Source: the human T2T-CHM13v2.0 reference genome, Homo sapiens
DNA length: 64,000 nucleotides
Direction: 5' to 3' (one strand)
Assembly: GCF_009914755.1 (NCBI RefSeq)
Contig: NC_060947.1
This document shows positions 1 to 11,900 of this stretch, in pieces. Positions within the stretch are counted from its first letter, which is position 1. Each line of letters opens with the position of its first letter. The notes below the pieces were generated by a model. It worked only from the letters and a program-made list of their open reading frames with translations. It searched no databases and was not told the DNA's origin. A program made the translations under genes and the position numbers.

Positions 1-312
1 CGGATCCCACAGAAAGAGTGTTTCGAAACTGCTGTTTCAAAAGGAATCTTCAACTCTGTGAGTTGAATGCAATCATCACAAAGAAGTTTCTGACAATGCT
101 TCTCTCTCGTCTTTCTGTGAAGATAAAGGAAAAGGCTTTCAGGCCTTTTCCACCACAGTCCTGAAAGCGCTCCAAATGTCCACTTGCAGATTCTGCGAAA
201 AGAATATTTCAAAACTGCTCTATGAAAAGCAATGTTAAACTCTGTGGCTCGAACACAAACATCACAAAGCGGTTTCTGAGAATGCTTCAGTTTAGTTTTT
301 CTGTGGAAATAT

Positions 313-329
313 TCCCGTTTCCAAAGAAA
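313..329 (-). other. Degenerate CENP-B box, one of three per HOR (313, 1164, 1335 in H1)
   Basis: tcccgtttccaaagaaa (313), tcccgtttccagtgaaa (1164) and agacgtttcaaacgaag (1335) each lack at least one essential base, so each canonical HOR has 4 intact and 3 degenerate boxes. Confidence 0.8.
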
Positions 330-483
330 TCTTCAAAGAGGTCCACGTATCCACTTACAGATTCTACAAAAAGACAGTTTCAAAACTGCTCCATCAAAAG
401 GAGGGTTCAACTGTGTGACTTGAATGCAATCATCACTCAGAAGTTTCTGAGAATGCTTCTCTTTAGTTTTTACGTGAACATAT

Positions 484-500
484 ACCCGTTTCGAACGAAG
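484..500 (-). promoter_or_regulatory. CENP-B box (variant, all 9 essential bases intact); recurs at HOR offset +482
   Basis: acccgtttcgaacgaag fits NCCCGNNTNNNNCGAAN, the reverse complement of the CENP-B core NTTCGNNNNANNCGGGN. Confidence 0.85.
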
Positions 501-650
501 GCCACCCAGTGGTCCAAATATCCACTTGCAGATTCTACAGAAAGAGTGTTTCGAACCTGAACTCTCAAAGGCAGGTTCATCTCTGCGAGTTAAATGCATT
601 CATCATGAAGAACTTTCTCAGAGTGTTTGTGTTTAGTTATGGGAAATTAT

Positions 651-667
651 TCCCGTTTCCAACGAAA
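651..667 (-). promoter_or_regulatory. CENP-B box (consensus); recurs at HOR offset +649
   Basis: tcccgtttccaacgaaa is the reverse complement of TTTCGTTGGAAACGGGA. Confidence 0.93.
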
Positions 668-1501
668 TCCTCAGAGAGCTCCAAATATCCACCTGCAGAT
701 TCTACCAAAAGTGTATTTGGAAACTGCTCCATCAACAGGCATGTTCAGCTCTGTGAGTGAAACTCCATCATCACAAAGAATATTCTGAGAATGCTTCCGT
801 TTGCCTTTTATATGAAGTTCCTTCCTATACGACCGTAGGCCTCAAAGCAGTCCAAATCTCCATTTGCAGATTCTACAAAAAGAGTGATTCCAATCTGCTC
901 TATCAATAGGATTGTTCAACTCCATGAGTTGAATGCCATCCTCACAATGTCGTTTCTGAGAATGCTTCTATCTAGTTTTTATGTGAAGATATTTCCTTTT
1001 CCACCACAGGCCTCAAAGCCCTCCAAACGTCCACTTGCAGATTCTCGAAAAAGAGTGTTTCATAGCTGCTCTTTCAAAAGGAAAGTTCAACTCAGGGAGT
1101 TGAATACAAACATCACAAAGTAGTTTCCGAGAATGCTTCTGTTTAGTTTTTATGTGAAGATGATCCCGTTTCCAGTGAAATCTTCAAAGAGGTCCACATA
1201 TCCCCTTGCAGATTCCAAAGAAAGAGGGTTTCAAAACTGCTCCATCAGAAGGATTGTTCAACTCTGTGAGTTGAATGCAGTCATCGCAGAAAACTTTCTG
1301 AGAATGCTTCTGTCTAGGTTTGATGTTAAGATATAGACGTTTCAAACGAAGGCTACAAAGTGGTCAAAATATACACTTGCAGATTCTACTACAAGGGTGT
1401 TACAAACCTGAACTATCAAAGGAAGGTTCAACTCTGTGAGTTGAATACAAACATCACAAAGAATGTTCTGAGTTTGCTTCCGTTCAGTTATGGGAATTTG
1501 A

Positions 1502-1518
1502 TCCCGTTTCCAACGAAA
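1502..1518 (-). promoter_or_regulatory. CENP-B box (consensus); recurs at HOR offset +1500
   Basis: tcccgtttccaacgaaa; the H2 equivalent is at 4410-4426. Confidence 0.93.
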
Positions 1519-2352
1519 TCCCCAGAGAGGTCTAAATATCCCCTTGCAGATTCTACAAAACGTGTGTTTGGAAACTGCTCCATCATAACGAATGTTCAGC
1601 TCCCTGAGTTAAACTCCATCGTCACAAAGAATTTTCTGAGAGTGCTACCGTCTGGTTTTTATATGAAGTTCTTTCCTTCACTACCACAGGCCTCAAAGCG
1701 GTCCAAATCTCCACTTGCAGATTCTACAAAAAGAGTGATTCCAATCTGCTCTATCAATAGGATTGTTCAACTCCATGGGTTGAATGCCATCCTCACAAAT
1801 TAGTTTCTGAGAATGCTTCTATCTGGTTTTTGTGTGAAGATATTTCCTTTTCCACCACAGGCCTCAAAGCCCTCCAAACGTCCACTTGCAGATTCTCGAA
1901 AAAGAGTGTTTCATAGCTGCTCTTTCAAAAGGAAAGTTCAACTCTGGGAGTTGAATACAAACATCACAAAATAGTTTCTGAGAATGCTTCTGTTTAGTTT
2001 TTATATGAAGATGATCCCGTTTCCAGTGAAATCTTCGAAGAGGTCCACATATCCCCTTGCAGATTCCAAAGAAAGAGGGTTTCAAAACTGCTCCATCAGA
2101 AGGATTGTTCAACTCTGTGAGTTGAATGCAGTCATCGCAGAAAACTTTCTGAGAATGCTTCTGTCTAGGTTTGATGTGAAGATATAGACGTTTCAAACGA
2201 AGGCTACAAAGTGGTCAAAATATACACTTGCAGATTCTACTACAAGGGTGTTGCAAACCTGAACTATCAAAGGAAGGTTCAGCTCTGTGAGTTGAATACA
2301 AACATCACAAAGAATGTTCTGAGTTTGCTTCCGTTCAGTTATGGGAAGTTGA

Positions 2353-2369
2353 TCCCGTTTCCAACGAAA
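2353..2369 (-). promoter_or_regulatory. Extra CENP-B box contributed by the pentamer duplication in H1
   Basis: tcccgtttccaacgaaa exactly 851 bp after the box at 1502. Confidence 0.93.
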
Positions 2370-2863
2370 TCCTCAGAGAGGTCCAAATATCCCCTCGCAG
2401 ATTCTACAAAACGTGTGTTTGGAAACTGCTCCATCATAACGAATGTTCAGCTCCCTGAGTTAAACTCCATCGTCACAAAGAATTTTCTGAGAGTGCTACC
2501 GTCTGGTTTTTATATGAAGTTCTTTCCTTCACTACCACAGGCCTCAAAGCGGTCCAAATCTCCACTTGCAGATTCTACAAAAAGAGTGTTTGCAAACTGC
2601 TCTATCAAAAGGAATGTTCAACTCTGGGAGTTGAATGCAATCATCACAGAGCAGTTTCTGAGAATGCTTCTATGTCGTTTTTAGGAGAAGATATTTCCTT
2701 TTCCAACACAGTCCTCCAAGCCCGCTAAATAGCCACTTGCACATTGTAGAAAAAGTGTGTCAAAGCTGCGCTATCAAAGGGAAAGTTCAACTCTGTGAGG
2801 TGAATGCAAACATCCCAAAGAAGTTTCTGAGAATGCTTCCGTTTAGCTTTTAGGTGAAGATTA

Positions 2864-2880
2864 TCCCGTTTCCAACGAAA
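2864..2880 (-). promoter_or_regulatory. CENP-B box (consensus); recurs at canonical HOR offset +2011
   Basis: tcccgtttccaacgaaa; the H2 equivalent is at 4921-4937. Confidence 0.93.
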
Positions 2881-2909
2881 CCTTCAAAGAGGTCCAAATA
2901 TCCCCTTGC

Positions 2910-5900
2910 GGATCCCACAGAAAGAGTGTTTCGAAACTGCTGTTTCAAAAGGAATCTTCAACTCTGTGAGTTGAATGCAATCATCACAAAGAAGTTTCTG
3001 ACAATGCTTCTCTCTCGTCTTTCTGTGAAGATAAAGGAAAAGGCTTTCAGGCCTTTTCCACCACAGGCCTGAAAGCGCTCCAAATGTCCACTTGCAGATT
3101 CTGCCAAAAGAATATTTCAAAACTGCTCTATGAAAAGCAATGTTAAACTCTGTCGCTCGAACACAAACATCACAAAGCAGTTTCTGAGAATGCTTCAGTT
3201 TAGTTTTTCTGTGGAAATATTCCCGTTTCCAAAGAAATCTTCAAAGAGGTCCACGTATCCACTTACAGATTCTACAAAAAGACAGTTTCAAAACTGCTCC
3301 ATCAAAAGGAGGGTTCAACTGTGTGACTTGAATGCAATCATCACTCAGAAGTTTCTGAGAATGCTTCTCTTTAGTTTTTACGTGAACATATACCCGTTTC
3401 GAACGAACGCCACCCAGTGGTCCAAATATCCACTTGCAGATTCTACAGAAAGAGTGTTTCGAACCTGAACTCTCAAAGGCAGGTTCATCTCTGCGAGTTA
3501 AATGCATTCATCATGAAGAACTTTCTCAGAGTGTTTGTGTTTAGTTATGGGAAATTATTCCCGTTTCCAACGAAATCCTCAGAGAGCTCCAAATATCCAC
3601 CTGCAGATTCTACCAAAAGTGTATTTGGAAACTGCTCCATCAAAAGGCATGTACAGCTCTGTGAGTGAAACTCCATCATCACAAAGAATATTCTGAGAAT
3701 GCTTCCGTTTGCCTTTTATATGAACTTCCTTCCTGTACTACCGTAGGCCTCAAAGCAGTCCAAATCTCCATTTGCAGATTCTACAAAAAGAGTGATTCCA
3801 ATCTTCTCTATCAATAGGATTGTTCAACTCCATGAGTTGAATGCCATCCTCACAAAGTAGTTTCTGAGAATGCTTCTATCTGGTTTTTGTGTGAAGATAT
3901 TTCCTTTTCCACCACAGGCCTCAAAGCCCTCCAAACGTCCACTTGCAGATTCTCGAAAAAGAGTGTTTCATAGCTGCTCTTTCAAAAGGAAAGTTCAACT
4001 CTGGGAGTTGAATACAAACATCACAAAGTAGTTTCCGAGAATGCTTCTGTTTAGTTTTTATGTGAAGATGATCCCGTTTCCAGTGAAATCTTCAAAGAGG
4101 TCCACATATCCCCTTGCAGATTCCAAAGAAAGAGGGTTTCAAAACTGCTCCATCAGAAGGATTGTTCAACTCTGTGAGTTGAATGCAGTCATCGCAGAAA
4201 ACTTTCTGAGAATGCTTCTGTCTAGGTTTGATGTGAAGATATAGACGTTTCAAACGAAGGCTACAAAGTGGTCAAAATATACACTTGCAGATTCTACTAC
4301 AAGGGTGTTGCAAACCTGAACTATCAAAGGAAGGTTCAACTCTGTGAGTTGAATACAAACATCACAAAGAATGTTCTGAGTTTGCTTCCGTTCAGTTATG
4401 GGAAGTTGATCCCGTTTCCAACGAAATCCTCAGAGAGGTCCAAATATCCCCTTGCAGATTCTACAAAACGTGTGTTTGGAAACTGCTCCATCATAAAGAA
4501 TGTTCAGCTCCCTGAGTTAAACTCCATCGTCACAAAGAATTTTCTGAGAGTGCTACCGTCTGGTTTTTATATGAAGCTCTTTCCTTCACTACCACAGGCC
4601 TCAAAGCGGTCCAAATCTCCACTTGCAGATTCTACAAAAAGAGTGTTTGCAAACTGCTCTATCAAAAGGAATGTTCAACTCTGGGAGTTGAATGCAATCA
4701 TCACAGAGCAGTTTCTGAGAATGCTTCTATGTCGTTTTTAGGAGAAGATATTTCCTTTTCCAACACAGTACCCCAAGCCCGCTAAATAGCCACTTGCACA
4801 TTGTAGAAAAAGTGTGTCAAAGCTGCGCTATCAAAGGGAAAGTTCAACTCTGTGAGGTGAATGCAAACATCCCAAAGAAGTTTCTGAGAATGCTTCCGTT
4901 TACCTTTTAGGTGAAGATTATCCCGTTTCCAACGAAACCTTCAAAGAGGTCCAAATATCCCCTTGCGGATCCCACAGAAAGAGTGTTTCGAAACTGCTGT
5001 TTCAAAAGGAATCTTCAACTCTGTGAGTTGAATGCAATCATCACAAAGAAGTTTCTGACAATGCTTCTCTCTCGTCTTTCTGTGAAGATAAAGGAAAAGG
5101 CTTTCAGGCCTTTTCCACCACAGGCCTGAAAGCGCTCCAAATGTCCACTTGCAGATTCTGCGAAAAGAATATTTCAAAACTGCTCTATGAAAAGCAATGT
5201 TAAACTCTGTGGCTCGAACACAAACATCACAAAGCGGTTTCTGAGAATGCTTCAGTTTAGTTTTTCTGTGGAAATATTCCCGTTTCCAAAGAAATCTTCA
5301 AAGAGGTCCACGTATCCACTTACAGATTCTACAAAAAGACAGTTTCAAAACTGCTCCATCAAAAGGAGGGTTCAACTGTGTGACTTGAATGCAATCATCA
5401 CTCAGAAGTTTCTGAGAATGCTTCTCTTTAGTTTTTACGTGAACATATACCCGTTTCGAACGAAGGACACCCAGTGGTCCAAATATCCACTTGCAGATTA
5501 TACAGAAAGAGTGTTTCGAACCTGAACTCTCAAAGGCAGGTTCATCTCTGCGAGTTAAATGCATTCATCATGAAGAACTTTCTCAGAGTGTTTGTGTTTA
5601 GTTATGGGAAATTATTCCCGTTTCCAACGAAATCCTCAGAGAGCTCCAAATATCCACCTGCAGATTCTACCAAATGTGTATTTGGAAACTGCTCCATCAA
5701 AAGGCATGTTCAGCTCTGTGAGTGAAACTCCATCATCACAAAGAATATTCTGAGAATGCTTCCGTTTGCCTTTTATATGAAGTTCCTTCCTGTACTACCG
5801 TAGGCCTCAAAGCAGTCCAAATCTCCATTTGCAGATTCTACAAAAAGAGTGATTCCAATCTGCTCTATCAATAGGATTGTTCAACTCCATGAGTTGAATG

Positions 5901-8900
5901 CCATCCTCACAAAGTAGTTTCTGAGAATGCTTCTATCTGGTTTTTGTGTGAAGATATTTCCTTTTCCACCACAGGCCTCAAAGCCCTCCAAACGTCCACT
6001 TGCAGATTCTCGAAAAAGAGTGTTTCATAGCTGCTCTTTCAAAAGGAAAGTTCAACTCTGGGAGTTGAATACAAACATCACAAAATAGTTTCTGAGAATG
6101 CTTCTGTTTAGTTTTTATATGAAGATGATCCCGTTTCCAGTGAAATCTTCAAAGAGGTCCACATATCCCCTTGCAGATTCCAAAGAAAGAGGGTTTCAAA
6201 ACTGCTCCATCAGAAGGATTGTTCAACTCTGTGAGTTGAATGCAGTCATCGCAGAAAACTTTCTGAGAATGCTTCTGTCTAGGTTTGATGTGAAGATATA
6301 GACGTTTCAAACGAAGGCTACAAAGTGGTCAAAATATACACTTGCAGATTCTACTACAAGGGTGTTGCAAACCTGAACTATCAAAGGAAGGTTCAACTCT
6401 GTGAGTTGAATACAAACATCACAAAGAATGTTCTGAGTTTGCTTCCGTTCAGTTATGGGAAGTTGATCCCGTTTCCAACGAAATCCTCAGAGAGGTCCAA
6501 ATATCCCCTCGCAGATTCTACAAAACGTGTGTTTGGAAACTGCTCCATCATAACGAATGTTCAGCTCCCTGAGTTAAACTCCATCGTCACAAAGAATTTT
6601 CTGAGAGTGCTACCGTCTGGTTTTTATATGAAGTTCTTTCCTTCACTATCACAGGCCTCAAAGCGGTCCAAATCTCCACTTGCAGATTCTACAAAAAGAG
6701 TGTTTGCAAACTGCTCTATCAAAAGGAATGTTCAACTCTGGGAGTTGAATGCAATCATCACAGAGCAGTTTCTGAGAATGCTTCTATGTCGTTTTTAGGA
6801 GAAGATATTTCCTTTTCCAACACAGTCCTCCAAGCCCGCTAAATAGCCACTTGCACATTGTAGAAAAAGTGTGTCAAAGCTGCGCTATCAAAGGGAAAGT
6901 TCAACTCTGTGAGGTGAATGCAAACATCCCAAAGAAGTTTCTGAGAATGCTTCCGTTTACCTTTTAGGTGAAGATTATCCCGTTTCCAACGAAACCTTCA
7001 AAGAGGTCCAAATATCCCCTTGCGGATCCCACAGAAAGAGTGTTTCGAAACTGCTGTTTCAAAAGGAATCTTCAACTCTGTGAGTTGAATGCAATCATCA
7101 CAAAGAAGTTTCTGACAATGCTTCTCTCTCGTCTTTCTGTGAAGATAAAGGAAAAGGCTTTCAGGCCTTTTCCACCACAGGCCTGAAAGCGCTCCAAATG
7201 TCCACTTGCAGATTCTGCCAAAAGAATATTTCAAAACTGCTCTATGAAAAGCAATGTTAAACTCTGTGGCTCGAACACAAACATCACAAAGCAGTTTCTG
7301 AGAATGCTTCAGTTTAGTTTTTCTGTGGAAATATTCCCGTTTCCAAAGAAATCTTCAAAGAGGTCCACGTATCCACTTACAGATTCTACAAAAAGACAGT
7401 TTCAAAACTGCTCCATCAAAAGGAGGGTTCAACTGTGTGACTTGAATGCAATCATCACTCAGAAGTTTCTGAGAATGCTTCTCTTTAGTTTTTACGTGAA
7501 CATATACCCGTTTCGAACGAAGGCCAGCCAGTGGTCCAAATATCCACTTGCAGATTCTACAGAAAGAGTGTTTCGAACCTGAACTCTCAAAGGCAGGTTC
7601 ATCTCTGCGAGTTAAATGCATTCATCATGAAGAACTTTCTCAGAGTGTTTGTGTTTAGTTATGGGAAATTATTCCCGTTTCCAACGAAATCCTCAGAGAG
7701 CTCCAAATATCCACCTGCAGATTCTACCAAAAGTGTATTTCGAAACTGCTCCATCAAAAGGCATGTTCAGCTCTGTCAGTGAAACTCCATCATCACAAAG
7801 AATATTCTGAGAATGCTTCCGTTTGCCTTTTATATGAACTTCCTTCCTGTACTACCGTAGGCCTCAAAGCAGTCCAAATCTCCATTTGCAGATTCTACAA
7901 AAAGAGTGATTCCAATCTGCTCTATCAATAGGATTGTTCAACTCCATGAGTTGAATGCCATCCTCACAAAGTCGTTTCTGAGAATGCTTCTATCTAGTTT
8001 TTATGTGAAGATATTTCCTTTTCCACCACAGGCCTCAAAGCCCTCCAAACGTCCACTTGCAGATTCTCGAAAAAGAGTGTTTCATAGCTGCTCTTTCAAA
8101 AGGAAAGTTCAACTCTGGGAGTTGAATACAAACATCTCAAACTAGTTTCCGAGAATGCTTCTGTTTAGTTTTTATGTGAAGATGATCCCGTTTCCAGTGA
8201 AATCTTCAAAGAGGTCCACATATCCCCTTGCAGATTCCAAAGAAAGAGGGTTTCAAAACTGCTCCATCAGAAGGATTGTTCAACTCTGTGAGTTGAATGC
8301 AGTCATCGCAGAAAACTTTCTGAGAATGCTTCTGTCTAGGTTTGATGTGAAGATATAGACGTTTCAAACGAAGGCTACAAAGTGGTCAAAATATACACTT
8401 GCAGATTCTACTACAAGGGTGTTGCAAACCTGAACTATCAAAGGAAGGTTCAACTCTGTGAGTTGAATACAAACATCACAGAGAATGTTCTGAGTTTGCT
8501 TCCGTTCAGTTATGGGAAGTTGATCCCGTTTCCAACGAAATCCTCAGAGAGGTCCAAATATCCCCTCGCAGATTCTACAAAACGTGTGTTTGGAAACTGC
8601 TCCATCATAACGAATGTTCAGCTCCCTGAGTTAAACTCCATCGTCACAAAGAATTTTCTGAGAGTGCTACCGTCTGGTTTTTATATGAAGTTCTTTCCTT
8701 CACTACCACAGGCCTCAAAGCGGTCCAAATCTCCACTTGCAGATTCTACAAAAAGAGTGTTTGCAAACTGCTCTATCAAAAGGAATGTTCAACTCTGGGA
8801 GTTGAATGCAATCATCACAGAGCAGTTTCTGAGAATGCTTCTATGTCGTTTTTAGGAGAAGATATTTCCTTTTCCAACACAGTCCTCCAAGCCCACTAAA

Positions 8901-11900
8901 TAGCCACTTGCACATTGTAGAAAAAGTGTGTCAAAGCTGCGCTATCAAAGGGAAAGTTCAACTCTGTGAGGTGAATGCAAACATCCCAAAGAAGTTTCTG
9001 AGAATGCTTCCGTTTAGCTTTTAGGTGAAGATTATCCCGTTTCCAACGAAACCTTCAAAGAGGTCCAAATATCCCCTTGCGGATCCCACAGAAAGAGTGT
9101 TTCGAAACTGCTGTTTCAAAAGGAATCTTCAACTCTGTGAGTTGAATGCAATCATCACAAAGAAGTTTCTGACAATGCTTCTCTCTCGTCTTTCTGTGAA
9201 GATAAAGGAAAAGGCTTTCAGGCCTTTTCCACCACAGGCCTGAAAGCGCTCCAAATGTCCACTTGCAGATTCTGCCAAAAGAATATTTCAAAACTGCTCT
9301 ATGAAAAGCAATGTTAAACTCTGCGGCTCGAACACAAACATCACAAAGCGGTTTCTGAGAATGCTTCAGTTTAGTTTTTCTGTGGAAATATTCCCGTTTC
9401 CAAAGAAATCTTCAAAGAGGTCCACGTATCCACTTACAGATTCTACAAAAAGACAGTTTCAAAACTGCTCCATCAAAAGGAGGGTTCAACTGTGTGACTT
9501 GAATGCAATCATCACTCAGAAGTTTCTGAGAATGCTTCTCTTTAGTTTTTACGTGAACATATACCCGTTTCGAACGAAGGACACCCAGTGGTCCAAATAT
9601 CCACTTGCAGATTCTACAGAAAGAGTGTTTCGAACCTGAACTCTCAAAGGCAGGTTCATCTCTGCGAGTTAAATGCATTCATCATGAAGAACTTTCTCAG
9701 AGTGTTTGTGTTTAGTTATGGGAAATTATTCCCGTTTCCAACGAAATCCTCAGAGAGCTCCAAATATCCACCTGCAGATTCTACCAAAAGTGTATTTGGA
9801 AACTGCTCCATCAAAAGGCATGTTCAGCTCTGTGAGTGAAACTCCATCATCACAAAGAATATTCTGAGAATGCTTCCGTTTGCCTGTTATATGAAGTTCC
9901 TTCCTGTACTACCGTAGGCCTCAAAGCAGTCCAAATCTCCATTTGCAGATTCTACAAAAAGAGTGATTCCAATCTGCTCTATCAATAGGATTGTTCAACT
10001 CCATGAGTTGAATGCCATCCTCACAAAGTAGTTTCTGAGAATGCTTCTATCTGGTTTTTGTGTGAAGATATTTCCTTTTCCACCACAGGCCTCAAAGCCC
10101 TCCAAACGTCCACTTGCAGATTCTCGAAAAAGAGTGTTTCATAGCTGCTCTTTCAAAAGGAAAGTTCAACTCTGGGAGTTGAATACAAACATCACAAAGT
10201 AGTTTCTGAGAATGCTTCTGTTTAGTTTTTATATGAAGATGATCCCGTTTCCAGTGAAATCTTCAAAGAGGTCCACATATCCCCTTGCAGATTCCAAAGA
10301 AAGAGGGTTTCAAAACTGCTCCATCAGAAGGATTGTTCAACTCTGTGAGTTGAATGCAGTCATCGCAGAAAACTTTCTGAGAATGCTTCTGTCTAGGTTT
10401 GATGTGAAGATATAGACGTTTCAAACGAAGGCTACAAAGTGGTCAAAATATACACTTGCAGATTCTACTACAAGGGTGTTGCAAACCTGAACTATCAAAG
10501 GAAGGTTCAACTCTGTGAGTTGAATACAAACATCACAAAGAATGTTCTGAGTTTGCTTCCGTTCAGTTATGGGAAGTTGATCCCGTTTCCAACGAAATCC
10601 TCAGAGAGGTCCAAATATCCCCTCGCAGATTCTACAAAACGTGTGTTTGGAAACTGCTCCATCATAACGAATGTTCAGCTCCCTGAGTTAAACTCCATCG
10701 TCACAAAGAATTTTCTGAGAGTGCTACCGTCTGGTTTTTATATGAAGTTCTTTCCTTCACTATCACAGGCCTCAAAGCGGTCCAAATCTCCACTTGCAGA
10801 TTCTACAAAAAGAGTGTTTGCAAACTGCTCTATCAAAAGGAATGTTCAACTCTGGGAGTTGAATGCAATCATCACAGAGCAGTTTCTGAGAATGCTTCTA
10901 TGTCGTTTTTAGGAGAAGATATTTCCTTTTCCAACACAGTCCTCCAAGCCCGCTAAATAGCCACTTGCACATTGTAGAAAAAGTGTGTCGAAGCTGCGCT
11001 ATCAAAGGGAAAGTTCAACTCTGTGAGGTGAATGCAAACATCCCAAAGAAGTTTCTGAGAATGCTTCCGTTTAGCTTTTAGGTGAAGATTATCCCGTTTC
11101 CAACGAAACCTTCAAAGAGGTCCAAATATCCCCTTGCGGATCCCACAGAAAGAGTGTTTCGAAACTGCTGTTTCAAAAGGAATCTTCAACTCTGTGAGTT
11201 GAATGCAATCATCACAAAGAAGTTTCTGACAATGCTTCTCTCTCGTCTTTCTGTGAAGATAAAGGAAAAGGCTTTCAGGCCTTTTCCACCACAGGCCTGA
11301 AAGCGCTCCAAATGTCCACTTGCAGATTCTGCCAAAAGAATATTTCAAAACTGCTCTATGAAAAGCAATGTTAAACTCTGTGGCTCGAACACAAACATCA
11401 CAAAGCAGTTTCTGAGAATGCTTCAGTTTAGTTTTTCTGTGGAAATATTCCCGTTTCCAAAGAAATCTTCAAAGAGGTCCACGTATCCACTTACAGATTC
11501 TACAAAAAGACAGTTTCAAAACTGCTCCATCAAAAGGAGGGTTCAACTGTGTGACTTGAATGCAATCATCACTCAGAAGTTTCTGAGAATGCTTCTCTTT
11601 AGTTTTTACGTGAACATATAGCCGTTTCGAACGAAGGCCAGCCAGTGGTCCAAATATCCACTTGCAGATTCTACAGAAAGAGTGTTTCGAACCTGAACTC
11701 TCAAAGGCAGGTTCATCTCTGCGAGTTAAATGCATTCATCATGAAGAACTTTCTCAGAGTGTTTGTGTTTAGTTATGGGAAATTATTCCCGTTTCCAACG
11801 AAATCCTCAGAGAGCTCCAAATATCCACCTGCAGATTCTACCAAAAGTGTATTTGGAAACTGCTCCATCAAAAGGCATGTTCAGCTCTGTCAGTGAAACT

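Larger units (their letters stand above)
887..2588. repeat. Tandem 851-bp pentamer duplication (copy 1 ~887-1737, copy 2 ~1738-2588)
   Basis: After ...aagagtg at 1737 the sequence resumes attccaatctgctctatcaatagg (as at 887) instead of the canonical tttgcaaactgctctatcaaaagg, which appears at 2589. Confidence 0.95.
2..2909. repeat. Variant HOR H1: 17-mer, 2,908 bp (canonical 12-mer plus a 5-monomer, 851-bp internal duplication)
   Basis: BamHI sites at 2 and 2910 are 2,908 bp apart (2,057+851); ORF pairs 1133/1984 and 1360/2211 are offset by 851. Confidence 0.96.

Noticed and set aside
20-786. Short perfect palindromes GTTTCGAAAC (20-29) and AGAATATTCT (777-786)
   Set aside because: 10-bp loopless palindromes are expected occasionally in AT-rich DNA, and the first is lost in H13, H22, H26 and H28.
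3036-3059. Hairpin as a rho-independent terminator or structured ncRNA gene
   Set aside because: Eukaryotic satellite context, no downstream U-tract and no gene; retained only as a dyad-symmetry observation.
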